Below are positions 54,825 through 64,000 of a DNA stretch of 64,000 bases, piece by piece (positions within the stretch are counted from its first letter, which is position 1; every line of letters begins with the position of its first letter). The DNA lies in IMG/VR virus record IMGVR_UViG_2816332575_000002, positions 1 to 64,000 of that record. One strand, given 5' to 3'. The position numbers and the translations under genes were made by a program. The notes under the pieces are model-generated. The model was not told where the DNA came from and searched no databases. It was given only the letters and a program-made list of their open reading frames with translations. This DNA comes from a virus (lineage: Duplodnaviria; Caudoviricetes).

Positions 54825-56396
54825 ATGGCGACCACCACCTACAAGCGCCCAGGCATATTCGTCGACGAGACCCTCAACCCGATCGTGGTGAACGAGCCGC
54901 CGGCCGGGGAGTTCGTCGCGGCCTTCGTGGGGGCACACGATTTCGGGCCGTCCAAGCCGACTCTGATCCGGAGCTGGGCCGAATTCGTTTCCCTCTACGC
55001 CGGATTCAGCGGCGGCATGCTGCCCTTCGCGGTACACCAGTTTTTCAGCAACGGTGGCCGGGCCTGTTACATCGTGCGAGCCGTCGCGGCTGACGCGAAG
55101 ACCGCGTCGCTTGTGCTGAAGGACCGCCAGGCCGGCACAGGCGAAAACTCTGGCGCTAAGGACGTGCTGCGACTCGTCGCCACTGCGGCGGGCACCTTCG
55201 CCAACACCATCGCCATCAGCGTGACCGACGCCGGCACCGGACCGGGACGTTTCAACCTGACGGTTAAGGCGGGCGGAGACACTGCTGGCGGCGCAGTCGA
55301 GCGCTACACCGACGTCAGCCTCGACCCCACCGACGCCCGCAATGCGGTCGCGCTCGTCAACGCGCCCCAATCCGGCTCCAAGTTCGTCACCCTCACCTAC
55401 CTTGGCCCCACCACCTGGAAGATCGACAATACCCCCGCAGTGACGGTCGACCAGATGCTGGCCGGGGGCACCAACGGCGTTGCGGCCCCCGACCTTTCGG
55501 CGGCTGCCCAGTCGCTGGAATCCACCAACGTCGTCCTGAACATCAACCTTCCCGGAGTGTCCGATACCGCAGTCCTCAATCCGGTCATCGACTGGTGTGA
55601 GCGCTACGGCTATGCCTTCCTCGTCGTCGACAGCCCGCAGATCACCGAGGGCACGCCGACTGAAGTTGCGGTGTCGAAGCTCAAGGAAATGAGCCCGCTG
55701 GTCAACGGAGGAACCACGCCGGCGCCCCTGCGCGCTTCTTCCTACGCTGCCGTCTACGGCCCGTGGATTCAGACCGCCGATCCCGCAGTGGCGGCTGTTG
55801 GTGCGACGCGGCTCCTGCCGCCGGGTGGTGCCCTGCTGGGTCAGTTCGCAAGGTTCGACGTCGACCACGGCCCGCACCGTACGCCTGCCGGGCAGGACGC
55901 CGTTCTCCGAGGGGTGTACAGCGCGCAGTATCGATTCACCGACGCCCAGCTCGACGAGCTGAATGTGGCAGGCATCAACGTCATCAGATTCGTACCGAAC
56001 GCAGGCTATTGCCCGATGGGCGGGCGGACCGTCAAGGCCGGTTACCCGGACCGGTACATCGCCGTACGCCGCTTCCTCATCCACGTGCGCAAGCTGCTGG
56101 TCGAGTCGACCAACTACGCCGTTTTCCAGCCCAACACCCCGGACCTGTGGGCGTCGCTGACTGCGGTTGTCACTCAGCGGCTTACCGAGATGACGCAGGC
56201 GGGACAGCTCAAGGGCGGCAGCCCTGAGACGGCTTTCCGGGTGGTGTGCAACGAGACCAACAACTCTGCGCAGAGCGTCGCCAACGGCGAAGTCCACCTC
56301 GACATCGGCCTTGCGTTGATGCGTCCGGCTGAGTTCATCGCCATCCACATCGGTCAGTGGGAGGGCGGCAGCTCGTCCTCTGAGGCCCTTCAGTAA
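54825..56396 (+). CDS. contractile tail sheath protein
   Basis: YKRPGIFVDE, FFSNGGRACYIVR, AAVYGPWI, YIAVRR, VFQPNTPDLW, PAEFI. Confidence 0.95.
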   Translation: MATTTYKRPGIFVDETLNPIVVNEPPAGEFVAAFVGAHDFGPSKPTLIRSWAEFVSLYAGFSGGMLPFAVHQFFSNGGRACYIVRAVAADAKTASLVLKDRQAGTGENSGAKDVLRLVATAAGTFANTIAISVTDAGTGPGRFNLTVKAGGDTAGGAVERYTDVSLDPTDARNAVALVNAPQSGSKFVTLTYLGPTTWKIDNTPAVTVDQMLAGGTNGVAAPDLSAAAQSLESTNVVLNINLPGVSDTAVLNPVIDWCERYGYAFLVVDSPQITEGTPTEVAVSKLKEMSPLVNGGTTPAPLRASSYAAVYGPWIQTADPAVAAVGATRLLPPGGALLGQFARFDVDHGPHRTPAGQDAVLRGVYSAQYRFTDAQLDELNVAGINVIRFVPNAGYCPMGGRTVKAGYPDRYIAVRRFLIHVRKLLVESTNYAVFQPNTPDLWASLTAVVTQRLTEMTQAGQLKGGSPETAFRVVCNETNNSAQSVANGEVHLDIGLALMRPAEFIAIHIGQWEGGSSSSEALQ

Positions 56397-56408
56397 AGGA
56401 GTTGGGGC

Positions 56409-56987
56409 ATGGCAGGTAAGACTAGGGCGACGGTTGAGCAGAAGTCCAGCCTCGCCTCGATAGCAACAGATCCTCTTCGCTCGTTCAAGTTTCACGTCCA
56501 GATATCCGGCCCGCAGGGGCTTCAGGGTGCCTATCCGAAGCTCGGCTTCATGGCGGTTTCCGGGTTGAGCATGACCACGGATGTTATCGCGTACCGGACC
56601 GGTGGAATGAATGTCTCGACCCAGAAGCTCCCGGGGCAGAGTGACTTCAGTCCCATCACGCTGTCCAAGGGGCTGTGCCCAGGAGATCAGCAGCTTCTTG
56701 ACTGGATGGGTCAGCTCTTCAATGTGATGCAGGGCGTCGGTAAGACTTACGACACCAATACCGATTTCCGGGCCACGGTCGACATCATGCTGATTGAGCA
56801 TCCGGTCACCAAGTCCACGGCCAAGGTTCAGGCGGTGTGGCGGCTGTACAACGCTTGGCCCACCTCCGTTGCCTTCGGTGATTTGGACGCCGGCCAGAAC
56901 ATGTACGCCGTCCATCAGATGACCCTCGCGCACGAGGGATTCGATTTCAAGGTCGCCCCGAACGCTAAGTCCAGCGTCACACTCTAA
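56409..56987 (+). CDS. tail tube protein (T4 gp19-like)
   Basis: DPLRSFKF, GFMAVSGL, YRTGG, KLPG, ITLSKG, LYNAWP, LAHEG. Confidence 0.92.
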   Translation: MAGKTRATVEQKSSLASIATDPLRSFKFHVQISGPQGLQGAYPKLGFMAVSGLSMTTDVIAYRTGGMNVSTQKLPGQSDFSPITLSKGLCPGDQQLLDWMGQLFNVMQGVGKTYDTNTDFRATVDIMLIEHPVTKSTAKVQAVWRLYNAWPTSVAFGDLDAGQNMYAVHQMTLAHEGFDFKVAPNAKSSVTL

Positions 56988-56996
56988 GGAAACGCT

Positions 56997-57863
56997 ATGA
57001 CCACCGAAAACCTCGCCTACGACTGGACTTACGACCAGGCCGCCGCTCCGGCCATCGACCCTGCCTCCGACACCGCAGCAGCCAACCGTGCAATGCAGCA
57101 GGTTCTGGCGGACAGTACGGGGCCGGCACCGAAGCCGCCTTTCCCCGGCAGTACGGCAGTTGTGCTCCCGGTGGACCTGGACATCGACGGGCAGTCCGTG
57201 ACCAGCGCCCGCGTACGGGAGCTGACCGGCGCCGACGAAGAAGCCCTCGCCGCAGTGCCACGCGCCTCGCTGGAGTTCTTCGACACCATCCTGCGCCGCG
57301 GAGTCACCGAGCTGGGCTCTGCCGCCCCTACCGAGCAGCAGCTCCAGGACATGCTCGTCGGCGACCGCGACAGCCTGCTCCTGGCCGTGCGCTGCGCAAC
57401 CTTCGGGCCCAGCCTGGAGCTGCACGGCGTGAGTTGTCCCGGCTGTGACGAGCGCATGGACGTCACTATCGACCTGTCCACGGTCGAGTGCCGCGGCCTG
57501 CCGGAGGGCGAGCACACCGTGCGGCTGCGGGACGGTCGAATCGTGCACCTACGGTTTCCGACTGGCGCGGATCAGAAGTACATCCTCGCGGAGAAGAACG
57601 CCAGTCCGGCGCGCGTGAATTCCAGGCTTCTGGAGCGCTGCATGCGCTATATCAGCACCACTGAGCAGGCCCCGGCGGCGCTGGTGGAGGACGGCGCTGC
57701 CCTCGCCCAGAGCCTGGGGATTGCCGATCGCCGCACGCTGCTGATGTACCTCGCCGACCATGCTCCCGGCCCGCAGCTTGCCGACCTGTCAGTGGAGCAC
57801 GACGGATGCGGGGAGGAGGTTCCGCTGCCGCTCTCGGTGGCGGACATCTTTCTCGATCTCTGA
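56997..57863 (+). CDS. tail / baseplate hub assembly chaperone
   Basis: VRELTGADEE, LVGDRDSLLLAVR, CPGC, LRFPTGADQ. Confidence 0.8.
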   Translation: MTTENLAYDWTYDQAAAPAIDPASDTAAANRAMQQVLADSTGPAPKPPFPGSTAVVLPVDLDIDGQSVTSARVRELTGADEEALAAVPRASLEFFDTILRRGVTELGSAAPTEQQLQDMLVGDRDSLLLAVRCATFGPSLELHGVSCPGCDERMDVTIDLSTVECRGLPEGEHTVRLRDGRIVHLRFPTGADQKYILAEKNASPARVNSRLLERCMRYISTTEQAPAALVEDGAALAQSLGIADRRTLLMYLADHAPGPQLADLSVEHDGCGEEVPLPLSVADIFLDL

Positions 57864-57864
57864 T

Positions 57865-58020
57865 ATCGAAGCGACGCTCCTCGACACGGAATCGCTCGTG
57901 TTCGCCTATCGCTGGCCACCGAGCGAAATCAAGGCCCTGACCGTCCGGGAGCGGCAGTACTGGCGCGACCTCGCGCTCTGGAACAAGGAACGAAAGGAGG
58001 CACTGAATGGCGTCCAGTGA
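57865..58020 (+). CDS. GpE/GT-like chaperone extension (probably reached by recoding)
   Basis: YRWPPSEIKALTVRERQYW in the +1 frame with no own start. Confidence 0.6.
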   Translation: MEATLLDTESLVFAYRWPPSEIKALTVRERQYWRDLALWNKERKEALNGVQ

Positions 58021-61000
58021 ACGCAGCGAACCGAACATCGCTGGACGCCTGCTTGGCGTATCCAGGCTGGAGCACGAGGTCGATGACCTGGAGCGCCAGA
58101 TCAGAGTGCTCGGCCAGAACGTGAGCCGGTTGAACCGGGCCTTCGGTGCACTGCCGACCGGGCTGGGTTCAGGCATGGGGGTCGCCGGGGCTTTTCCCGC
58201 GGCCAACCGGCCGACACCGGCCGGGACGGCACAAGCCACCTCCAATCCCAGCGGCACTGGCACTGCCGTTCAGCAGGCGGCAGCCATCATGCGGCAGCGC
58301 ATGGAGGCGCGGCGAGCCCAGCAGAACGAAGCGGTCACTCGCGCCGCGGAGCAGCGTCGCCAGCAGGAGGAGGAGCGACGCCGGCAACGGGACCAGGCCC
58401 AGCGTGACCGCCAGGAGGCCAATGCCCGTCACGCTGCCGCCGCCGAGGCTCAGCAGCAGGCAATGCGTGAGGCGCAGGAACGGGCACGGCAGGATCGGGA
58501 GCGCGCAGATGCCAGTGCCCGCGCCCGGATCACCGCTCGGCTGGGCGGAGCCGGCGGGGTTCCGCCGCGGCCTACGGTTCCGCCGACCGTAGGAGCGGGC
58601 CAGCCCGGCCGCGGCGGCCGAGTCATTGACGGGGAGCGGCTGGCGTTTGGAGCGGGGCAGCTCGCCAGTCGAGCGGTTTCGTGGGGCGCTGGAAAGGTCC
58701 GGTCGCGCGTCGACCACATGACGGACCAGGCGTACGAGATGGATCGCTACGCCGCGTTCGCCTACAGCTCCTGGGCTGACCCGAAGGCTGGCTACTGGTC
58801 GCAGAAGAATCGTTTCCGCAACGACGCGATGCAGTCCTCTACCGCGCTCTCGACGGAGGACCTGAACACCGGTCTGTTCGAGGTCGACCGGCGACTCGGT
58901 ATGGGCCGCAGCGAGGCTGAGCGAAGGCTGCTGCACCAGCAGGCATCGGGGTACGCGCTGCTCGATCCGACGATGGGTGTCGCTGATTCCGCGCGGATGA
59001 TGACGGCGATGTACACGCCGCAGGCGTCCATGCTCTACCAGGCGATGGGCCTCGGCCCGACCATCGGTGCCGGCGGCAAGCGGATATCACAGGGCCAGCT
59101 CAACCAGAACCTTCTGGACCGGGTTTTCCAGCGCGGCTACCGGCTGAAAAATGTGCTGGCTGCCTCCGAGCAGGGCGGGTCGCTGCGAACCACGCTGGAG
59201 GGGCAGGCCCGGCAGCTCGGCATGGGCCAGGACTGGGTGGAAAACCGGCTGACCCAGATCCAATCCCAGGCCCGGTGGCGCGAGCAGACCGGCGGTTCGG
59301 TCGACGAGTACGAGCGGCTGCTGCGCGATGCCGGCGGCACGGGGGAGAAAGCGGAGCAGGCCCGCGAGAGGCTGCAAAAGGGCGGCCTCGACGTCGACAA
59401 CCTCCTCAATCAGAAGAAGCGCCGGGAGGGCGAGGAGCGCCGTCACGACAGCCAGATGATGGATGCCTTCGCCCCGGCAATGCAGGCCGCCACCGATGTC
59501 GTCATTGATTTCAAAGAGGCGCTGAACGCCATTTTGGAGCTGCCCGGCGTCAAGCACGTTGTCGGCGGCTACCAGGGAGTGGATGCAGGTACCGGGGGAC
59601 GACTGACGGGTGCGCTGAAGGGCGCGGGGGTCGGTGCGCTGACCGGCCTGGCGGCAGGCAGCGTTATCCCCGGCATTGGCAATGGCGTTGGCGCCTTGGC
59701 CGGCGGCATCATCGGCGGTATCGGCGGCCTGATCGGCGGAGGCGCGGCTGGTGGTGGCTCGATCGGTGGGGGAGCGGCCGGAGGTTCGGGCGGCTCGAAG
59801 ACGCGGGCGAACTTGCATCAGGGCAGTGCCAACTCCGCTATCAAGGCGGCGCTGTCCCAGATCGGTGTCGACTACTCGTGGGGCGGCGGCGGGCCGGAAG
59901 GCCCATCCCGTGGCTTTGCGCAGGGCGCGAGAACGGTTGGCTTCGACTGCTCCAGCCTGATGCAGTACGCCTTCAGCAAGGTCGGGGTCCGGCTGGGGCG
60001 TACGACTTACGAGCAGCTGAAGGCGGGAAAGGGCGTAGCGTACAAGGACCGCCGTCCTGGGGACTTGATGTTCCCCAACAGCGGGCATGTGGTGATGTAC
60101 CTCGGCAACGGCAAAATTGTCCACGCGCCGCGCACCGGGCAGAAAATCCGTGTCGACTCGGAAGACCATTTCGGGAAGTACATGGCGGTCCGCCGAGTGG
60201 TCGCCGGCGGAGGGGACACTTTCTCGTCGGACGAGCCGGGATCGACCTCCTCGGAGGCGGGCGCAGGAAACGACAACTCCGCGGCGACCGGAGCCAGTAC
60301 GACCGGCACCATCACCAATGCGTACGGCTCCGTGAACGAGGTGGAGGCGCTGGCTGCCGCTCTTTCCGCAGGAGGCCGGGGAGCGGCCGGGGCAGGCGGA
60401 GGCAGCAAGAAGAGCGGCGAGGATGGCAGGGATGACCCAGCCGGTGCTGATGTGGACACCGGCGGATATTCCTGGGGCGCTATCAACGGCCGTTACACGA
60501 AGGTGCCGGCGCCGCCCGGCTGGGTCAAGGCCGCGATTCAGCGTGGCATGGCGGCGAAGGGCGTCTCGGGTGCTGCCTGGGCGCGGGGCCTGACCACCAT
60601 CGCCTACCGGGAATCGGGCTACCGTCGCGACGCTCGAAACGACTGGGACTCCAATGCCAAGAACGGCGATCCGTCGGTGGGCCTGTTCCAGGTGATCGGC
60701 TCGACGTTTAAGGCGTACCGGGCGAAGTCGCTGCCCAATGACCAAACGGACCCGGCAGCATCGGCGGCTGCCGCTATCGGCTGGATCAAGGCCCGCTACG
60801 GAAGCATCGGCAAGGTCCAGCAGGCTGACCCCAATAAGCCCAGCAAGGGCTATGAGATCGGCGCTTGGGACCTGCCGGAGGATGAGATCACGCAGGTCCA
60901 CAAGGGCGAGATGATCGTGCCCAAGCGGACCGCGCAGACGATCCGCAACGCCCTGATGCAGGAATCCATCCCGGTCAAGTCCACGACGGCCGCAGCCCTG

Positions 61001-61186
61001 GAAGGCCCGAAACGTGCTTCGGCGGCCGGCGGCGGTGGGGGAGTGACGGTTCAGTTCGGGCAGGGTGCCATCAGCATTACTGTTCAGGGCGCGATGAGCA
61101 GCAGCGCTGCCATGCAGGCGGGCCGCCAGATCGTGGACGCTATCGCTGCGGACAAGCGGCTCAAAGAAATCGGAGCGGGGGTCTAA
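58007..61186 (+). CDS. tape measure protein with NlpC/P60 and lytic transglycosylase domains
   Basis: coiled coils and Gly-rich hydrophobic stretch; YSWGGG...GFDCSSL...HVVMY...IVHAP; IAYRESG...NDWDSNA...GLFQ. Confidence 0.9.
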   Translation: MASSERSEPNIAGRLLGVSRLEHEVDDLERQIRVLGQNVSRLNRAFGALPTGLGSGMGVAGAFPAANRPTPAGTAQATSNPSGTGTAVQQAAAIMRQRMEARRAQQNEAVTRAAEQRRQQEEERRRQRDQAQRDRQEANARHAAAAEAQQQAMREAQERARQDRERADASARARITARLGGAGGVPPRPTVPPTVGAGQPGRGGRVIDGERLAFGAGQLASRAVSWGAGKVRSRVDHMTDQAYEMDRYAAFAYSSWADPKAGYWSQKNRFRNDAMQSSTALSTEDLNTGLFEVDRRLGMGRSEAERRLLHQQASGYALLDPTMGVADSARMMTAMYTPQASMLYQAMGLGPTIGAGGKRISQGQLNQNLLDRVFQRGYRLKNVLAASEQGGSLRTTLEGQARQLGMGQDWVENRLTQIQSQARWREQTGGSVDEYERLLRDAGGTGEKAEQARERLQKGGLDVDNLLNQKKRREGEERRHDSQMMDAFAPAMQAATDVVIDFKEALNAILELPGVKHVVGGYQGVDAGTGGRLTGALKGAGVGALTGLAAGSVIPGIGNGVGALAGGIIGGIGGLIGGGAAGGGSIGGGAAGGSGGSKTRANLHQGSANSAIKAALSQIGVDYSWGGGGPEGPSRGFAQGARTVGFDCSSLMQYAFSKVGVRLGRTTYEQLKAGKGVAYKDRRPGDLMFPNSGHVVMYLGNGKIVHAPRTGQKIRVDSEDHFGKYMAVRRVVAGGGDTFSSDEPGSTSSEAGAGNDNSAATGASTTGTITNAYGSVNEVEALAAALSAGGRGAAGAGGGSKKSGEDGRDDPAGADVDTGGYSWGAINGRYTKVPAPPGWVKAAIQRGMAAKGVSGAAWARGLTTIAYRESGYRRDARNDWDSNAKNGDPSVGLFQVIGSTFKAYRAKSLPNDQTDPAASAAAAIGWIKARYGSIGKVQQADPNKPSKGYEIGAWDLPEDEITQVHKGEMIVPKRTAQTIRNALMQESIPVKSTTAAALEGPKRASAAGGGGGVTVQFGQGAISITVQGAMSSSAAMQAGRQIVDAIAADKRLKEIGAGV

Positions 61187-61187
61187 G

Positions 61188-61901
61188 GTGTTTTCGCGTC
61201 TTCACAAGGAGCTGGACGCTAGCCAGCACACTAACGGCCAGATCGACCCAAGGCAGCTTCCGGCCGGCGGCGTCGGCTGGTGGGGCGGCGGGATCGGTAG
61301 CGGCCAGGACGACCACCTCACTTTTCTCCAGGGCTACATCGTCAGCGACACCCGAGGATTGCCGAAGAAGGAGAAGCCGTACTACTTCAAATTCCATTAC
61401 AACCCCTCCACCGTGAGTATGTCGCACGGACTGGATCAGGCGACCATGCAGCCGGCGCAGTGGCAGCGCGCCGAGGCCGACACGGGTACCGCTCTGCTGC
61501 CGATCAACAGCTCGTGCAGCTTCAGCCTGTTCTTCGACCGTACTTACGACATCCTGGCGCGAAAGAGCACGCCGCAGTCCAAGTACGGCGTGATGTACGA
61601 CGTGAACGCCCTGTACAACCTGGTCGGCATCAACTCCACCTCTCGTACGGGCGGATCGACTGGAACCAGTACCGACCCGAACAGTGAGCCGTCCCCTGAC
61701 GCAGCGGAGATTCCCGAGACGGTGACCGGGCCCATGCAGATGAGACCTTGCACCGTGTTTTTCGGCGGCCAGGACAGGGCCCTCTTCTATTACGGATTCA
61801 TCAGCAGCGTCGAGACGCAATGGGTGCACTGGACGCAGGACATGACTACTCAACGCGTCTCGGTCAGCATTACGATGACAGGACTTCCCCAGCCGAAATA
61901 G
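61188..61901 (+). CDS. baseplate tube-initiator-like protein
   Basis: FKFHYNPSTV, FSLFFDRT, FYYGFISSV. Confidence 0.7.
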   Translation: MFSRLHKELDASQHTNGQIDPRQLPAGGVGWWGGGIGSGQDDHLTFLQGYIVSDTRGLPKKEKPYYFKFHYNPSTVSMSHGLDQATMQPAQWQRAEADTGTALLPINSSCSFSLFFDRTYDILARKSTPQSKYGVMYDVNALYNLVGINSTSRTGGSTGTSTDPNSEPSPDAAEIPETVTGPMQMRPCTVFFGGQDRALFYYGFISSVETQWVHWTQDMTTQRVSVSITMTGLPQPK

Positions 61902-61908
61902 GAGACGC

Positions 61909-62187
61909 ATGATCAGCAGTGGCTCACGCTACGCCGACCACTCGGTGGAAATTGTCACCGACTCTGCGGGAGCCACGCGCCGGGTCCTGATTCCCGCAGC
62001 GCCGAAAACACTGCGCGTGCGCGCTGTTACCTATAGGTGGCAGGAGGGGGATCGCGTGGATACGGTCGCCACCGACTTCTACCGTGACCCCACTCAGTGG
62101 TGGCGCATCGCCGAAGTCAACCCAGAGATTCTGGACTGGACCGAGATAGCGCCCGGCACCGTCATCAGGATTCCCCATGCCGATTAA
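61909..62187 (+). CDS. LysM / tail-X-like baseplate protein
   Basis: EGDRVDTVA..FY.DP..WWRIAEVNP...PGTVIRIP. Confidence 0.85.
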   Translation: MISSGSRYADHSVEIVTDSAGATRRVLIPAAPKTLRVRAVTYRWQEGDRVDTVATDFYRDPTQWWRIAEVNPEILDWTEIAPGTVIRIPHAD

Positions 62188-63355
62188 GCAATTCGCGCCG
62201 CACGCCCGCCTCGTCTACCCCGCCGTGCCCACGAGCCGCCACTACATCACCCACGTCGCCATACACCAGGCCGAAGCGGCACACGAAGTCGCCGAGGTCG
62301 CTGTGGCGTTCAGCGTGCCGCGTACGGACAGCGTTCGGTCTTGGGCCATGTCCTATGGTCTTCTGCTGCCTGAGCAAACACCGGTCCACCTGCGTTACGG
62401 CTCAGGGCCACACCAGGAAGCCGACTTCTACGGCTACGTGCACTCCTACCGCGTCACCACGAGCCAGGACGACGCCCGCCTCCAGCGGAACACCGAGGTC
62501 ACCCTCACCTACACCCTGACGGGCGCGACCAGCAGCAGTATGCAGTCCCAGCGCAGCGCCGCCTGGAACCTGTCGAGCATCTCCGGCATTGCCCGCAGCA
62601 TCTGCCGCAGCCACCGAATGGCCTGCGTCACCGAGCGCACGCCGACGAGACTGACCAAGATGCAGGCCAGCCAGTCCGATTTCGCTTTCCTGCGGGACGT
62701 GGCCGCGGAGTACGGGCTGCGACTGGTCGCCGACGGCACCACCGTTTACCTCACCTCCCCGCTGACGACGCTGCGACGAAGCCACGCCATCCCCTCCGCG
62801 CACATGACGAAGCTCCCGGGCCTGCACGACACGATCTACGAATTCGATGCTCTGAACGGGGCACTGGAGCCCGAGGGCGGGCGCCGCACCCGCGTGGAGG
62901 GCTACGCCTACAACCGCAGCACCCGGCACCTGGCGCGTACGGTCGCAGCCCGCACCTCGACCGCGGCGCACCGCACCTACGCCACCGCTCTACCTGCCGG
63001 CTCCCGCAGCGAGGCCGACGAGCGCGTAGGAGCCGCGGCAGCCAGCTCGGCCCTCTGGGTGGCGGCCACCGCCAGCGTGCGCGGCGACGCCCGGCTCAAG
63101 GTCGGCCACGAAATCTGGCTCCAGGGCTCAGGGCTCGGGCCCCACACGGTCGGCACCTGGATGATCCGTACGGCCAGCCACCACATGACCCTGCACCCCA
63201 CTCAGCCCGCACAGAGCACCTACGTCACCGACCTGACCTTGGGCCGCAACCGGCCAGAGGGCCTGGACGCGCACCGCCTGTCTCTGCCCCAGCCTGCCGG
63301 CACCACGCTGTCCGCGCAGCGCTGGTGCGCCCAGCACATCGGAGGCCCTGCATGA
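62177..63355 (+). CDS. baseplate hub (gpD/VgrG-like)
   Basis: FYGYV, QSDFAFLRDVAAEYG, GDARLKVG, GTWMI. Confidence 0.8.
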   Translation: MPIKQFAPHARLVYPAVPTSRHYITHVAIHQAEAAHEVAEVAVAFSVPRTDSVRSWAMSYGLLLPEQTPVHLRYGSGPHQEADFYGYVHSYRVTTSQDDARLQRNTEVTLTYTLTGATSSSMQSQRSAAWNLSSISGIARSICRSHRMACVTERTPTRLTKMQASQSDFAFLRDVAAEYGLRLVADGTTVYLTSPLTTLRRSHAIPSAHMTKLPGLHDTIYEFDALNGALEPEGGRRTRVEGYAYNRSTRHLARTVAARTSTAAHRTYATALPAGSRSEADERVGAAAASSALWVAATASVRGDARLKVGHEIWLQGSGLGPHTVGTWMIRTASHHMTLHPTQPAQSTYVTDLTLGRNRPEGLDAHRLSLPQPAGTTLSAQRWCAQHIGGPA

Positions 63356-64000
63356 CCGGCACCTACCAGGCCGTGGTGGCGGGCACCACCGACCCGCAGC
63401 GCCGCGGCCGAGTCCGGCTCCAGGTGCCACAGGTCTCCGGAGGCGCCATGACCCTATGGGCCGAACCCGCGGTGCGCGGTCGCGTCCCGGCCGTGGGCGA
63501 AACGGTGTGGGTGACCTACGAGGGCGGGGACGAGTCCCGGCCGGTCTATCTCGTCGCTGACCCGGCGGTCGTCGAGCGGGACTACGAGCCGATCGAGCCG
63601 CTGGTTTCCGCGCAGCGCGGCGCGCCCCAGTGGGTGACGACACGTACATTCGTGCTCTGGGACGAAGCGGCGTGGCCGTCGATCGAGCTGGTGGTGCCGC
63701 AGTCCGGGGCTTTGTTCGTGTCGGTCTCGGGCAGGGTGTTTCCGGGGCGTACGCAGACGTCGGTTAGTGCGCTGTCCTGGGGCATTTACGACCTGGACAC
63801 CCGCACCTATCTGTACGCGGATGCTGGACGCGTCAGCCTGCAACGGCAGGGCAGCAGGCCCGGGGCGCTGGGTGCGGGCACCGTGGCAGCCACGCGCCGG
63901 CACTTGGTACAGGGGCTGCCGCCGGGCCACCGCGTCAGTGTTCGGCCCGCCTACGCCTACAACGGCATCGACACCGCCGACCTGGAACGGCTGTTCACCG
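63352..64000 (+). CDS. baseplate spike (gpV/gp5 OB-fold), truncated by window end
   Basis: MTGTYQAVVAGTTDPQRRGRVRLQVPQVSG...WAEP...PAVGETVWVTYEGGDESRPVY. Confidence 0.85.
   Translation, partial: MTGTYQAVVAGTTDPQRRGRVRLQVPQVSGGAMTLWAEPAVRGRVPAVGETVWVTYEGGDESRPVYLVADPAVVERDYEPIEPLVSAQRGAPQWVTTRTFVLWDEAAWPSIELVVPQSGALFVSVSGRVFPGRTQTSVSALSWGIYDLDTRTYLYADAGRVSLQRQGSRPGALGAGTVAATRRHLVQGLPPGHRVSVRPAYAYNGIDTADLERLFT

Noticed and set aside
30432-60901. Long antisense ORFs (30432..32507, 34369..36381, 54708..57548, 59087..60901)
   Set aside because: Shadow frames of GC3-biased genes on the opposite strand; no recognisable motifs
54825-64000. Stand-alone extracellular contractile injection system
   Set aside because: Terminase, portal, scaffold, capsid and neck genes are in the same element, so this is a myophage tail module

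Overview
High-GC actinobacterial (Streptomyces-like) myophage, prophage or phage-plasmid. 1-18.1 kb is a leftward arm of mostly hypothetical genes (plus Lsr2, an SF2 helicase and a PASTA/DUF3761 protein), interspersed with terminators, tRNA-like mini-elements, a duplicated ~165-bp cassette and a recurrent 10-mer. 18.2-20.4 kb is a non-coding strand-switch region with tandem promoters. 20.4-30.3 kb holds regulators, a tyrosine recombinase, and MazG-like and KTSC genes. 30.5-38.6 kb is the head module (TerL, portal, scaffold, major capsid). 38.7-51.4 kb is a Streptomyces-type cargo block that splits the morphogenesis region. 51.5-64 kb encodes neck, contractile tail, tape measure and baseplate. 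The main hidden features are missed by the ORF track. (i) The major capsid gene is split by two near-identical, ORF-less group I introns (37171-37467 and 38240-38560), with P1/P10 pairings and covarying helices. (ii) The portal gene has a 14-nt gap, GAG-TAG...GAG, that resembles a translational bypass. (iii) An unannotated 42-aa Asp-rich peptide is coupled to a PIMT-like methyltransferase, a candidate aspartimide RiPP. All family calls come from motif recognition by eye; no database searches were run.
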